The notes: generated by a model from the letters alone, not told the origin. A stretch of DNA of 64,000 bases from Chrysomallon squamiferum (GCA_012295275.1 CM022673.1:20708001-20772000), one strand, 5' to 3'. Numbered from the stretch's first letter, positions 43,390-57,909 are shown. Numbers and translations are program-made.

Positions 43390-44363
43390 CTCTCTATCTA
43401 TCTCTCTATGTACGTATGTATGTATGTATCTATGTATCTATCTATCTATTTATCTATCTATGTTTTAAAAAGTGAAGCATCTGATAACATTTCGTTTATC
43501 ACAATTTTGAATTAATATAAATTGCTATAACTTTAAAAAGTGATCCATATTATTAACAAAACACATTTGTGATATTTAGTGCTCAGCATTGCTTAAGAAA
43601 CATGTTACTAATGAAGCAAAGTACAAGATTTATCTGTATTTATACTGTGTATGTTTATGATTTATATTTGAAAACATTTTCATATTCGTGTATTTTTGTT
43701 CTATTTTTACACAACATTAATGAAATGAAATACCAGTACTTCTGTATTTACATGTTTCTTTTCGTTTCCACTGTTTGAGAAGGGCTAATTCTGTTTCCAT
43801 GAACCAACATCAAAACAAGATATATGTATTTTCCCTTCTACGGAGAAAATAATATAAAGAACTATTGCTGGTAGCCAGTAAGAGTAGCCCAGATTTTCAT
43901 ATTATCTCATTAAGAATTCAATAATCGTTAATGTAAAAATAAAATAAGGTTGAGGTGTTATTAAACTAACATAAATTAATTCAGTCTTGCTTAATTACAC
44001 TTTGCGATTTAGAAAAAATTAAACAGTTTAGAAAGGTTTTATTTCTTATATTTTTTTGACCAGATACAACCTTTATACCAGAGATAACAAATTCGGTAAT
44101 TTGTTCCATAGAACTATACAGCTGTTACTTTTTTGTACTAGTTAATAAATAAATTCAGTCATTCTTCAACGAAGCTGTTACTGTTGTTTGGCAATGATAT
44201 TAGATTAATTCTCCGATAACCCTTTAAACTATGCAGCTGTTATTTTTACAAAGGTAATGAATGTATTAATGCTTCAATGATGCAACAGAGAGAGTCCTAT
44301 TGTTCTTATTTGGCAAAGGATAATTAATTTATTAATTCTTCAACGAAACTAAAAAGTACGTAC

Positions 44364-44442
44364 CTGCTATTGCCGTTGTGTAAAGTAAGACCCAGCAAAA
44401 CAAGGCAGCTTCAACTTTCAAATTAAAGTTTCGTGACATCAT
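44364..44442 (-). CDS. Secreted peptide precursor, coding exon 1: signal peptide MMSRNFNLKVEAALFCWVLLYTTAIA
   Basis: ATG at 44442 (second in-frame ATG at 44439). Basic n-region, hydrophobic core AALFCWVLLY and A-I-A (AxA) cleavage motif. Ends at donor CAG|GTACGT in phase 1, the classic signal-peptide exon layout. Lies just downstream of a promoter-like region. Confidence 0.75.
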
Positions 44443-44689
44443 CGCCCAAAGTAAAGCTGTTAATCTGAAACGGCCCAAAACTCAAAAGGTAGTTAACGAC
44501 AGTAAAACGTTTCCAGTGACTGCACCTTTTATAGAAAAGTTTAAGAAATATATTCCTTCTCTCACTAATTTTTCTTTCCTGTCCTTTCCTAAAAATTTTC
44601 CCCTTTACTTTCTCTTAAATTCCAGAGGAGTTTTTATATCAAACATCCCAAAGCTTTACAACTTTAACGTTTGCTCTTTTCAAATGTTG

Positions 44690-44860
44690 CCAAAGGTGAA
44701 CCAATGGATGTTCTTTTCACTCTTGGCTGAGCGCGACTTTGGTTGGCTCCCCTCGTGCTAGTATGCAGACGTCAACCTCCCCTCCCACTTGTTTTGTGGC
44801 TAATTTTCCTCACGTGATGTGACGCATAGGCGGTTTATAATTTTCGATAGTGAACGCCCA
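44690..44860 (-). promoter_or_regulatory. Putative promoter of the peptide-precursor gene
   Basis: Local GC/CpG rise with CCAAT (44701), Sp/KLF-like CCTCCCCTCCC, E-box CACGTG (44811) and CRE-like GACGTCA/TGACGC motifs, 250-400 bp upstream of the ATG. Confidence 0.5.
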
Positions 44861-46382
44861 AAGTGTAAGTGGTATTCCGAAATCAATAGATACATAAATT
44901 TTTCCGTAGCGACTGCGTCAGAGAAAGGTAACAGAAACGCATCGTGGCACACAAGAATGAAATTAGACGCTAACTAGGTGTGTTATCAGACATGATCGTC
45001 TAGCAATAAACACAATACTGATTAGCCGATTGATTCATACATGTACACTTGTAAACTAATAACGACATTACCCCTAGAAAATAATTAATTTTACATTATC
45101 GAAGTTTAATACTGAAGTGTTATGTAATATCTGACAGATACGCAGAGATGAATGGCTGTATGGACGGACTGACAGATAACATTAAATTCAGTTCTTTCGT
45201 GCTTAACATTTTATTTTCCGTTTGTTATATTCTTTTCTACTTCAAGATAAAAAAAATACTGTTTCATGTATCAAAAACATAAGTATATCACAGCTGAATC
45301 GGCAATGAAATAAACGTGACAACATTATCTTATTTTTTTCTTAAATATCATATTTTACTTTCAATTTTTAAGCTATAAAATGTTGCCAATTTTAGAATTG
45401 CGCAATATATAATTACACACGTACAAGCATTAAAACAGAAATAATTCTAACTTTAACAAGGCAAAATGTTAAACTGCAAGAAGGTTGTCACATTATGCTG
45501 GTCCTTTCGCTTTTTATCTGAAAATATTATTATCATGTGCAGTAAACTAAAAAAAAAAAATCTTAAACACGATCAAAATACCAAATGTTGAAATGAAAAT
45601 ATAAAATTAGTCTTTATTTTCCTCTGACCTACGTGTAATTCAGAATGAAATCTCAAAGACGATGAAAAAAACAATACTTGAACAAAATTCAATTTGTTAA
45701 GAGCCCAAACCAAATGAAATGTGCGTCATTATTTTCCCCCGTCTGAAAATACTGACAAACATTTTGAATATTAAACAGACTGGATCGGTGGAGACTTGCA
45801 CATAATTTGTCGAGCTGGTCTTCCAGGATAATTACAAACAATCAAAAAGTCAACCGTATTCTCCTTAAGCTTGATCACTTCATCTCCTTGGCCGGGCTTT
45901 TTTATTAGATGTCATTACGAGACGGGTAGATAAGAACCTATGCTATCGAGCAAACTAGATTTATCAATTAGTTTGGAATTAATTAACTACTCAAGTATGC
46001 CGACTTGTACGCTGGTCGAGACTAACATTTATGAAGTAAAACTGAATGCGGTATTAGGCTTTGTACCGTTTAATTTCAGTGATGGAGAAAGTCTTCTAAT
46101 TCAGAGAAAAACTGTTGAGATATTCGGGAAAAATGGATTGCTCTGAACATTTATCAGCGAATTAAACACAGCATGATTGTAGGACAGCACAAATACCAAA
46201 CTTGCAAAAAAAAAAAAAAAAAAAATACTTTCTGATTTTTTTTGAAACACTAATATAAGATTAGTTTGGTTACACTATCTTCAATTTCGGTCGAATTTGC
46301 TAATTCAGAATCAGAATTTCTAAACATTTTCGATCACCTCTTTTTCTTAGTCTAACATATTTACATGTATATACACCGCGCT

Positions 46383-46482
<100 letters not shown>

Positions 46483-48882
46483 ATTACCATTTGTAGAGCT
46501 GTTCTGTTACATTAAAATCATTTCAAAGACAGATGTTAGTTGTTTAGACAGGGGCGCTAATTTCCATAGATACGCATTTTATGAGTTGGTAATAATTAAT
46601 ATGTTACAAGTCTTTCACAGAACAAATGATTGTAGACATATCTTTTCTATCAAACCCGTAAATTAAATGATACGGATATTATTATCTTACTATTTTATCT
46701 GTCATTCTCAGAATAACAAATATCGGTGAGGAAATTTGGACATAATTATACATTAAATTATTTTGTTTTAGATCAGGACAAATTCCAGAATTTGTTGCAT
46801 GTTTTTTTGTTGCTTTTTTTTAAATATTCTTTTTATTTTTTTTTCCGCCAAGAACCAGTGTTGAGGTCAATATACCTACCTGTAAGAATTCGGAAGAGAA
46901 TTTATACCTGAAGTCTGTTTCACAGAAAGTTTAGCATATTTAAGAAGCACATTCCTCGACAAATAAAAGACTACAGCAAATAACTTTTAATAGTTACACA
47001 ATCACTTTTATACTAATACTTAAGAGACCACGATTTAATCACGATACTAATTTACTTGTTTGCCTTGGTGTTTAGTGGATTCCAAAAGTAAACAGAGATT
47101 TTTACATATCATGAATTTATTGACGAGGTAGGACTAATAGAAAATCAGTTCAGTTCAGTTCTGTCTTCAGACTGATAAATTATACGAGAGAAAGTGAGAG
47201 GCGTAAAATCATCTTACATCGAACTGACCTTAGGTAACATAGAGAACATATATAGACAAATTATCGTGATGGATAGAAACTAATACATATATTACTGCTT
47301 TGTCGTGAATCGAATATCATTTATCACAAAGTTAAAAATACATTGGTTGGGAGTTTAGCCAAATCATCTAAGTTCACACAGTATCGACAAACTAGCTCAT
47401 CTGAGCTCTGTAATAGTAAAAATACAAAGGAACCTGTTACATACAGAAAATGTATTGAAATCGGCGATCAGTGTCGTGAAAATGATGCCATCCATAACAC
47501 AAGTCTATGTACGCTTTTGAACTCATTTCCCTAAAGCATTTATTTTTCGAATATTACAAAATTCATAGAAAATTAGTGTGTTGATCGATTACGTTTGTTT
47601 ACACCATTTTCTTTTTGAATTTGATAGTTTTTATTCATTTTTCAAGCTGAACTTCCTAGAATTGTTCATGATTCACAGCAAAGCATTGTACTTTTGGTAT
47701 TTTTTTTTTTTTCTATGTTATGAATAATGAATGTATTAAGTTAGGGTCTCAAGCATGCACTCCAGACTAATTGTACGTGGCCCCGATGATCATCTTTGTT
47801 TGCATGTAACATCGTTCTGTGACTGCCACAGGCTTGTCATATTCCACAAAATAAGATCTAATATTCAATAAAATGTTTGATACATTACATTTATTTACTA
47901 CTAAACATTATACGATCCACACCCTTATACTTTGCCTGTTGGATCACTTCTTGAGTACACCATAGCACTTTTCTTTCTTTGAGTTTGAGATCTATGCATT
48001 AAGCTAAAGTGTTCATTTAGTATAATGTATAAAAAAAATAAATAATAACGTTCAGAACATTTTAATATTTGGCACTAACTTGAACAGCATATTCTCTGAT
48101 AGATTAACCAATGAGAATTGATTCAGTGCCTGTTATACTTGAGAGAAACACTCTAAAAAACAATCTAAATAACAATAATTTGAAAATATTTTAAAAAGAA
48201 ATAAAATACAGCTCTAAATCATCATCATAATTCATGCAATATCATTAAAATTTAAAACTTCACCAATGTGTTTAATATATTATATTTTGCTAGGATTAAA
48301 GAGAATAAACATAATACAAAACTAGAAAACATTAAATCTTTATTAACATCAATATAACCCACTTGTATATGAATCACCTAACATATTAAATAAAAAATCT
48401 TCTGTTTATGGAAAGAAGTCTGATTATAAAAACTGCTACAGATAGTCTTCTTTTACATAAATTATCTAATGTTTAGAAAAAAATTACATTTTGAAGCTAT
48501 TACAGATCTAATTATGATGATTTAATTAACAAATTTCCTATGGAGGTATCTAGTTGAAGCTTACATCTGCTACAAATCGAATTCAATCTTCTGTGAATTA
48601 TCTGTTGTATGTTTATGGGAAGATGACACATTCTGTTAAAATTATTTTCAATTAACAATTTCAAGTATAATGATAAAAAAAAAACCCAGCTTGTGAGAGT
48701 AATTGCATCCAGACATTTTTATTTTATTAAGATGTTAAATCAGACATATTTGCATGTTTAGAAATTGCAAACATAATGAGAAACCAGTGAATGAATTTTC
48801 TGCACAGTTCACCAGGACAGCACCAGTTCATTATTAACTCAACTGAACATTTTGTAGAATAAAAATATACATCAAACTGTTC

Positions 48883-49014
<132 letters not shown>

Positions 49015-49775
49015 TTATATAGACACCAAAACAAAAACAAATTTGTAACTTCTAAATCAGTTTTATAATATATAAACAAAAATATAGTGTTCCACTAACA
49101 ATAAACTTCAAATTCTGAAAATGCTGTATGTTTTTAAAAATTATGAAAGTGATATTTTATATTAAGGTTACATTATTTGTTCATTTTGTTGAATATAATC
49201 CCATTGGAAGACAGGATTTGTCTCCCTTGATTTGATATTGGTTTTAGAACAGGAATAAATAATGTAATTTGTAAAATTATAAGCATATCACAATGAAAAT
49301 AAAATAACAATGGCTCTGATAAACTTTATCAATGATTTATAAATAACTGAATGAAAGTATGTGTCACCTTCATTCCTGCATATGTATATGTGAAGACTAA
49401 TTCCAAAACGTGATCAACACCAAAATCAAAATTTAAAAAAAAATGCCACCAAAAGTTCAGCATTTGACAATTGTTCAATACCCATAATCATGTTCCCCAA
49501 AATTCTATATCTGCTGCTGATCTATACAGTAGACAATAGACCTTCGTTGCATAACTTGATAAACTCCAGAGCAGAAACAGTCATTTTTCTCAAAACAAAG
49601 AAAATGGATTTATAGCGTTTTGGAACCAAACTCTTCATATCTTTATCTACTGTACCTCTAGTGAAAATAAAACATTCTTAGCATCAAAGCTTACTTATGA
49701 TTTGATTTAATAAAATATTTCTCTCTTTCTAACACAGGTAAAAGTTTAAAAAATAATGAAAATGTTAAAGCATAC

Positions 49776-49870
49776 CCCTCTGTGTATTCAACCTGCAGTA
49801 ATCCAATGTATGCCTCCCACTTATTTCCAATCACCTTCCCACATGTAAAACATCGAACTGGTATAATCAT
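49776..49870 (-). CDS. POLR2L: RNA polymerases I/II/III shared subunit RPABC5 (RPB10), coding exon 1: [32 protein letters not shown]
   Basis: Unmistakable RPB10 N-terminus with the CxxC zinc motif; donor GG|gtatg in phase 2; upstream acceptor catcag at 49881-49882. Confidence 0.98.
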
Positions 49871-51572
49871 TTTTTATGTGCTGATGATTATGAAAAAAAG
49901 AAATACAGATAATCAAAATGATGTTTTTTTAATAATCAATTTTTACGTATTAACAGTTGGGTATTTCTGCAAAAGAAGAAAATACAGATAATTAAAATGA
50001 CATAACTTCAAAAATTTCTATGATCTTAAATATTTAATAAAAACATTTAAAAATTAGTAGTAATATGGATATTTATTTATTAGTTTATAATGAAGTAGAA
50101 TAAATATGGAAACATAAAACATGGCCTAAAAATGTTTGAGAAGCAATCTTCAGTATCTAAATAAATAAATGAATTATGTTTTTCTGCCACTCTAAACATT
50201 TATCACTGGATAGTACTTTGGCTAATTCAAGCACAGAATCACATGTGAAAATAGTATGATCGTACCACCATATAAATGTTATTTCTGAAATGCCCTAATC
50301 AGAATAAAAAAACAAAACAAATCACATTATTTTTAAGTAATATTTCTTAAATAAGAAGTATGTATATAGTAGTATATATTTATATATATGTATATATTTA
50401 TTTTTAAAAATTGCACAGGAATATAATAGGTGTAACAATATGGAAAATGTTCGGCCACTTAATAAAGTCCTGCTTTAAACTGTATGTCGTTTTCCAGCTT
50501 TGGCAGTTTGATTTTACAAAACTGTCACAACTGAAGACAGATAACTATTGCTCAAAGTAAATGGAAAATGATATTTTGGGATAACAGTTTATTATAATTA
50601 AAAATGAATGCAAATAATCATATTATTATTTTAAATACCATAACTATAAATGGTTTTGAAGTATTAATACCATACTAGTAAATAATTTATGTAAGTTTAA
50701 TATCTTTCTCTGTAATCTATTCTGAAAATATGTAAATTCAATGCTTATTTATTCATTTAGTTTTTATATGTAGCCGTAACTGAAAAGTATGTTTATATAT
50801 CATTTTCTGTGATCTATGTTCTAATACAATTGTTTTCTTTCTATTGCAGACCTAGCAAATATCTTTTTTAAAGTTCATCTGTTCAGTTAACTCTCTTGAT
50901 GACCATGTTTCAAGATCATCTAAATGGCAGAAAATATTAAGCAGATTAGTTAAATGATTAATATCATCATCTCATATTTTGAATTGATTATACTATTGGG
51001 TTATATAAACGAATAATACAAAAACATATTTTATAATCCACGCCAGCATAAAATTTAAAATTAATTAAATAAAGTGCAATTCCAAACTATTATTTTTATA
51101 AACCAGTTTTTCATGAATTAAATCAGTTTTCAAATTCAGGATGGTTTAATTGTCTAAATCGAAATAAATAGAATCCTTGAAATAAATATAATAGATCATA
51201 TCCCTTAGTCAAGCACAGTAACTGAGTAAGTACATTTTTATTAAATGAACTTTAATTTGTTAATATATGGTGATTTTAATACAATGCTTTTGTTTTATAT
51301 TTTTATGACAGTCAAGTAAAACCATATTTTTTCACGTGCAAGAATTAAAAATAACATAGAAATAACTAAAATTTGAATTTATCGATTAGGCCCGCAGAAT
51401 TAGAAAGGAATTAATAACAACAACAACAACAATAATAATAAATAATAAACTTTCTACATCTGAACACACATATCACAGTAAAATTTCTAGTATACATTAG
51501 TTTAGTAAATAGGAAAATGACGATTTACAAATTATAACATTAAAGCCTGCAGTATATTTTCCTCGTCATTAC

Positions 51573-51670
51573 CTTTCAATTTCTGTATTATAATCTAAAG
51601 CGTGTTGTAAAATGGTGTCGATAAACTTATCTCTTCAGAAAATATATTTATTACTTCCGGTTCCGGTTAT
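51573..51670 (-). promoter_or_regulatory. POLR2L: Probable POLR2L non-coding first exon and core promoter
   Basis: Donor AAG|gtaatg at 51572, YY1-like AAAATGGTG (about 51609) and tandem ETS/GABP sites ACTTCCGGTTCCGG (51653-51666), typical of housekeeping promoters. Confidence 0.5.
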
Positions 51671-53099
51671 AAAAAAAAAAAAAAAAAAAAAAAAACTCTG
51701 CTTCTAAAACTAAAATAAAGGCAGCAAACAATTCCAGCCGTTGTGTAATCCGCGAACGTTAACGCAGTGTATAATTTATCGAACGTCAGTTCTTTCAAAC
51801 AAATAGTTCGCAGTTTCAATAAGAGTTTAAATTTCTAAGGTGTAAAACATAATCACTTTGATTATAAAATAAAGCATATATTTTGAAAATTGTTAAAAAA
51901 TTTAAATTTCAAATATATAATGCAATTTATTTTAGAAATATGGTGTTTGTTATGTATCATTCCGCATCGGATATATTGTTCTATAGCTCAGTAACTGCGT
52001 TTGAGGAAAATAAAATTTATAATATCTGTTTTCTCTATTCTGAAATCTTAATCATCATTTATAATCTTTTTACCTATACAGTATCAGATATATTTACTTC
52101 TTTGATAATGAGCAAATTTTCTTATTTTCAGATTGCAGTCGTTCCTTTACGAGACTGGTTGTTAAAACTAAAAGAAGAGGACAGCAGAACTCCTTATGTC
52201 TGGCTACTGAAAACATATTTAACACCACAGGTCTTAACTATTACGGAAGCTTCTATAAACGGACTGTATAAACCACTTCAGTTGTGACATAAATAACTGT
52301 ATATCGTATAATCCATAATAACAGCAGATTTAGAAAGTACAATGGTTTGAGGGAAGTAGGGTGTTTCCCAGAGTATACCTGAAAATCGTCATTGACAACA
52401 TTCATATTTATTTTACAGACAGAAAACAATTATGTGACATAAATCACTATAGGTGATTTAAACCATATTAGTATGTAGTATTAGGAAATAAATAAATAAG
52501 TAATGTCATGTGATTTACAAATTTAAAAATTAATGCTTGAAATGATTATTTATGTAACCATTGTTTTAGTTCATACTAACCAAAGTTTACAAGCTGTAAC
52601 ATTTATTTCTTTTCAAAAAACAAAACTTGTGTCACTAATACCATGGAGATCCGTTAGGTTTCTAGCATCTTAAAAGAAAATACTTCTTGTCAATATAGCA
52701 TCACACTTTACTAGTTCATTCTCACAATATATATATTTCTGCACATGTGTAAAATGTTTGTTTTTTATTCTTTTATCATCCATCCATTTATTTCTCATCA
52801 TCTCATGGAGACTTAAGTTTAGACTGACAGACAAATTTGAAAAACGTTTACATTCTTCAGTGCCATTCATTTATTTGTATCTTTTTTTAGTGCATTTTAC
52901 TGGTTGCAGCAGTATAAAAATTGTTTCTGTTTTTCTTAATGTTTCTAATTTCCTAGTAACAAACATTTCACATGAAATTATAAATTTGTTTTTCAGTCTG
53001 ATGGAACTTGATCTGGGAATAAATACTGTTCACAGGCTAAGATTATATTTTATGGAAGAAAGGTGAGTATTATTTTGATCCACATATAATAAATACAGA

Positions 53100-54620
53100 T
53101 GACATTTTTTTTCCTCAAATTATCCATTATTGGACTTAACAAATACTGAAACAAAAATTTGCTATCCATTATAACATTAGTTATGTTCTGAGCAGCTTTG
53201 ATTGCAGAAATGGAAAAGGTTCAACTTTATTAAAACTGACTGTATTAAATGTAACTCATGATCTTTTCTTTTTTCCCCATACAAATCTACATCTGTTGTG
53301 TTGCAGAATGTCAATCATGAAGGTGGAGGAAAGAAAAATTCGAATGAGAAAAAGAAAAAGCGTGAGATATGTAAGTTGGACCATAGAAAGATAGGTCAAC
53401 ATTTATGGGCAATTTGTGAAGGAGAAAAAAATCTGTTCATGGACAAAGACAATAATCCACAAAAAGATTGAAGATGGCAAATAATCTGAAGAATAGAAAG
53501 AAACTGCATATAATTTGATACAGGTATAGGTTTCATTCAAAATTTTTAGTTTAAAGCCTAATTATGTTCTGTATTAGTCAGAAAATTAGATTGTAACACA
53601 ATTTAGTAGAAAAAGTTGCTTTGTATTGGGATGCTACAGGCAGCATTGTTTGTAAAAATGAAGATGGTAAGCAGTTCTTATATTATGAACTTGCTGTAAC
53701 AAATCCTATAAAAGGTAAGATGGGTATCCCTGTTGCAGTGATTAGTGAAAATCAAGCATTGCCAACAACAGTGTTAGACTGGATTTGTAGTTTCAGACAT
53801 GCTGAAAAGAAACTATTTGGATATAACAATGTTTCCTGCCTTACACAAATAACTGGTGATGAATCAATGGTTTTTATCTTAACAGCACTTTTACATTTTA
53901 ATAATGAAACTTTGAATCAATTTTTCCATCGAACATGGAAAATCATAAATCAGCAGTGGGGTTTTTTCAAATGTCAAAAAAACTACTGTTTACATATGCT
54001 CTAGTTATTTCATGAATAAAGTGAAAAACTTTTGCTGGAAAAATGTAAGCAAAACAAACTGCAGAATATTTCTTTATATGGTAAGTCTGCTGATGAATAG
54101 TAATGACATAAAAGAAATAAGAGAATTGCTACATGATATTTTTGTGGTTTTGTCCTCCAGTCATGTAAATTTCTATAATGCACACTTCATAGACAGACTA
54201 ATTCTTAAAATCAACTCTTTTGAAACATTGGTTTCAGAAGAATTTTATGATTTTGATGAATATAATTCTGAACAAGTAGACATGAAAATGTTGCAGCCTG
54301 GTTACAATACAGAAGAAAAATCTGCATCAGAAATTCCCAGTAGTAAAAACTTTATTCATGAACAGATGAAAACAACTAGTACAACTGAAAATAGGTTTAC
54401 AATTCTGAAGTATATTGGACTGCAAGGCAGAACCCAACACAGACTGCATTATTTTTCAGACAAATTGCATAATCTAACTGTTTCAGTGCAAACACTGGCA
54501 GTTGTAGATTGTATGAAGGTGATAAAATATTTAAGGAAGATAAAGAAATCAATTGGTAAAAAAATTAAATGTAACAATATCAGAAATGTGGGCCAAATCA
54601 AAACAGCAACCTGATAATTT
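53100..54620 (+). pseudogene. Decayed NOF/FB-like (Mutator-superfamily) DDE transposase
   Basis: Frameshifted ORFs carry GFIQ...LYWDATGSIV (first catalytic D at 53630), FLYYELAV...GIPVA, QITGDES (second D) and, after a frameshift, VYICSSYFMNKVK (CxxH position, with H changed to Y). This motif order matches MULE/NOF-type transposases as I recall them. Multiple stops and frameshifts; boundaries approximate. Confidence 0.7.
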
Positions 54621-54789
54621 TAAGAAGAAAGGTACTTTTCAGCAAGCACCCAAAAATAAAATTAAAAGAACATACATTACCACTAAAATAAAGAACATAT
54701 CCAATCTAGTGCATGATCACTACTATGAAAATGTGCATTATAGTCATGATAAAAATGTAAAAACTGTTGACCAAGATGCTACTGATTTA

Positions 54790-55450
54790 GGATTCATCTG
54801 GAAACCTATGAAGAATTTTGGCAACACCTGCTGGTTTAATGCAGTGATGCAAGCCCTAGCAGCAAGTGATTCAGGACGGTATTTCTGTATGAAAATAAAT
54901 GAGAGCCTGTAATAGTATATTCTGATAATAATGTAAAATTACCTGTTCAGATAGCAGAAGAAAAATTTGAAAGATGAAAATAAGCATTGGGTAGAGAGGT
55001 ACCAGATGATATTTCACACAATGCAGTATTAAATGTTGCTTATGCAAAACAAATATTAATGGTCAGCAAGATGCTAATGAGTTTTTTCCTAAAATTATTG
55101 GCAATCTAACTGAAAGGGTTCAAGGTAGTATTATTTTGCAACACAAATATATTTGTTTACAGAGTAGCTCAACAACATTCACTGAAAATAATTATGGGCA
55201 TTTCATAACATGACACCTTGATGCAATAGGCTATAGTTCTTTGCAACAGTTATTTGAACATTTTATTAAATCAAAGACAGTACAAAAGGCACATGCTCAC
55301 ATAATAAATGTTTGTTAAAGAAACACTTAGTTTCTTTCCCTTCAACTCTTATTTTCACAATTCAGAGATTTTTATTTGATAAATATATGAGAAAACATTC
55401 AAATTATGTTCAAGTTTCTCACAATTTGTTCATAAAAAGTAACAGTTTAA
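54790..55450 (+). pseudogene. Decayed ubiquitin-specific protease (peptidase C19/USP) domain, collinear with the transposase
   Basis: Cys box MKNFGNTCWFNAVMQAL (Cys at 54829), GQQDANEFF (55061-55087) and PSTLIFTIQRF (about 55339-55371). Intronless and disrupted; no His box seen. Confidence 0.75.
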
Positions 55451-56347
55451 ACTTTTAAGATATAAAACATATTTACTTTTGCGTTTTAAAAATGTTACAT
55501 AAAGTGTTTCTTGCCTGAAATGTAAAATGTTGTCTAGAGTTGTTTCCCTTTAGGATTAAGTTCTTCAGTTTTGTGTATGCACATTGAGTGGAAGAATGTA
55601 AGACTTCAGTATCTTATAACTGCTGACTTAGGTAATGCTAATTTTAGGTCACATTAAAATGAATCTGTTGATAGTTTAATTCTTAAATTGATCTTCCAAT
55701 ATCTGTTTTTGAACCTGGATCCTTTTATTCAAATTATTGTCATTTCTCAAATAAATCACATTAACTTAAATGAAATGTCATCAGAATATTTCAAATTGCC
55801 ATTGTCGACATAGGAAATATTTTCTGTTGAATGAGTTCCGAATGTTCCAGCATTTCTATTTATCAATACAAAAAGTGATCTTTTGGTGGGGAATACAAAG
55901 AAAGAAAGAATTTTTTTTTAATTATATATATATTTTTTCTTGCTTTTTAAATGACAGGCTTGTCCTTTTTGTCTTAGGTTTAATTTTAATTATGTAGGAT
56001 AGGGAGGTGTTTTACTTTACACATAAAGATGGCATCACTTTGTTGATACCCAGCTTTCCCCTATCAAGGTGTTAAGAATTATTTTTACATATTTATATTA
56101 ATAAGATCTTATTTCTTTTTTATTATCTACTGGGTTGTTTTTTTTTCTTTATGTTTTTATTATTCTTGATAAAAAAAAAAAAATCTTAGCATATTCAAAA
56201 ATTTTAATAATGTCTTCAGTTTTCTAATATATAAATGTTTATAATAAATACACATATATATTCCTAATTTGTACATTACATGTGCACTTATTTTATAATG
56301 TCTGTATTTTGGAACTTTTTATTTTTTTATTTTATTTTATTTTTTTA

Positions 56348-56970
56348 AATAATAAAAAGTTTAATTGTAATATATTTGTCATTAACAAAAAATTAAATTT
56401 AGTCATAAAACTAGTAGCAGATGTTTACAGTGATTTTCTTCTGTTTTTTTCTTGTTTCTTTTTTTTTTTTTTTTTTTTTGACAATAATAAAAAGTTTAAT
56501 TTGTTTAAATCATTATTTACAAAAATTAAAGTTAATCATAAAACTAGTATTACAGGTGTTTTTTTTACCAAAATAAAAAGTTTAATTGTATTTCATTTGA
56601 TATTTACATAACAATTAAATGTAATCAAAAAAAATAGTATGTACACATATTCACAGTGTTTATTTATTTTTTATTTTTTTCACAATAATAAAGTTCAATT
56701 TGTTTGACTTGTTATTTACAAAAAATTAAATATAATCATAAAACTATTACAGATATTTACAGTGAGTTTTTTTTTTTCACAATAATAAAAAGTATGGTTT
56801 TATTTGATTTGTTATTTAAAGAAAATTAAATTTAATGAAAAAAGTAGCATGTACAGATATTTAAAGTGTTTGTTTGTTTTTTCAATAATAAGAAGTTAAA
56901 CTGTATTTGATTTGTTATTTACCATACATTTTTTTTTTAATTTAATCATAAAACTACAGATATTTAAATG
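56348..56970. repeat. AT-rich minisatellite, about 6 copies of a 90-135-bp unit
   Basis: Recurring aataataaaaagtttaatt...aaaattaaa.ttaatcataaaacta...acagatatttacagtg at about 56348, 56483, 56572, 56684, 56781 and 56884. Confidence 0.8.
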
Positions 56971-57448
56971 TTTTTTTTTTTTGTTTTTTGTTTTTTTACC
57001 TTTATAATGTAAAAACAGTCTTGTCCTTTTTCCTAATTGTTCTTTTTTCTTAGTGGTCTGTAAAACAAATGAATGAATATTTAAGCCCACCTCAATGATA
57101 ATGAAGTTAAACATATTTTATATAATAACTTTGTCAAAGTAAGTATAAAAACTGATTTTACCTAATAATTATATTGTAGCAGGATATGTACATTTCTGTT
57201 ACCTGTTGCCTGTAATGGATTTGTTTTAGGTTCAGGTGTTTGTAAAGAAGATATGGCTGTTAAGATATTGGATGGATGATTAGAAGAATGAGTGATTTAG
57301 AAAATATGTAAGTTTTCTTTTCTTTATATATACACAGGCAAAAAACACGAAATAGCTATTGCAGTGGTGTGGACTTAACTTTTTTGGTCAGGATGAAACC
57401 TGCAAAATACCAATAAAGATAAACCATATGTTTTGAAATAACAGTAAC

Positions 57449-57517
<69 letters not shown>

Positions 57518-57909
57518 AAAAGAAAAATAATAAAAGAAGACATTTTGTTCTCAAACTGTTTACCTTTTTGTATCTATTTATTTATTAAACAGTTTGAAGC
57601 AAAGATACACTCCTAAGAAACATGAACAAGATATTTAAACCAAAGTATTCTGTGATTAAATAAAGCTTTCAAAATAATAACATGACAAATCAAGATCTAA
57701 TAACATATACACAAAATTATTACCAATGACTCTTTTTCAAATGACAAACACATACATTTTCCTATGCTTATTTTAATAGTTACTTTATCTGATTCATGTT
57801 AATGGTTACTTTCTTCCTGGATTTTCTTTTGTTTTTTCTCTTGTTTTTTTTTGTTTTGTTTGTTTTGTTTGTTAATAACATTAATTAAGATTTATTAATA
57901 GTAACTCAC

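Noticed and set aside
49782-49991. Plus-strand 69-aa ORF
   Set aside because: Antisense shadow of POLR2L coding exon 1.
56348-56970. Regularly spaced repeats as a CRISPR-like array or foldback TIR
   Set aside because: Eukaryotic context, degenerate whole-unit repeats without unique spacers, and no inverted partner found on the other side of the transposase.
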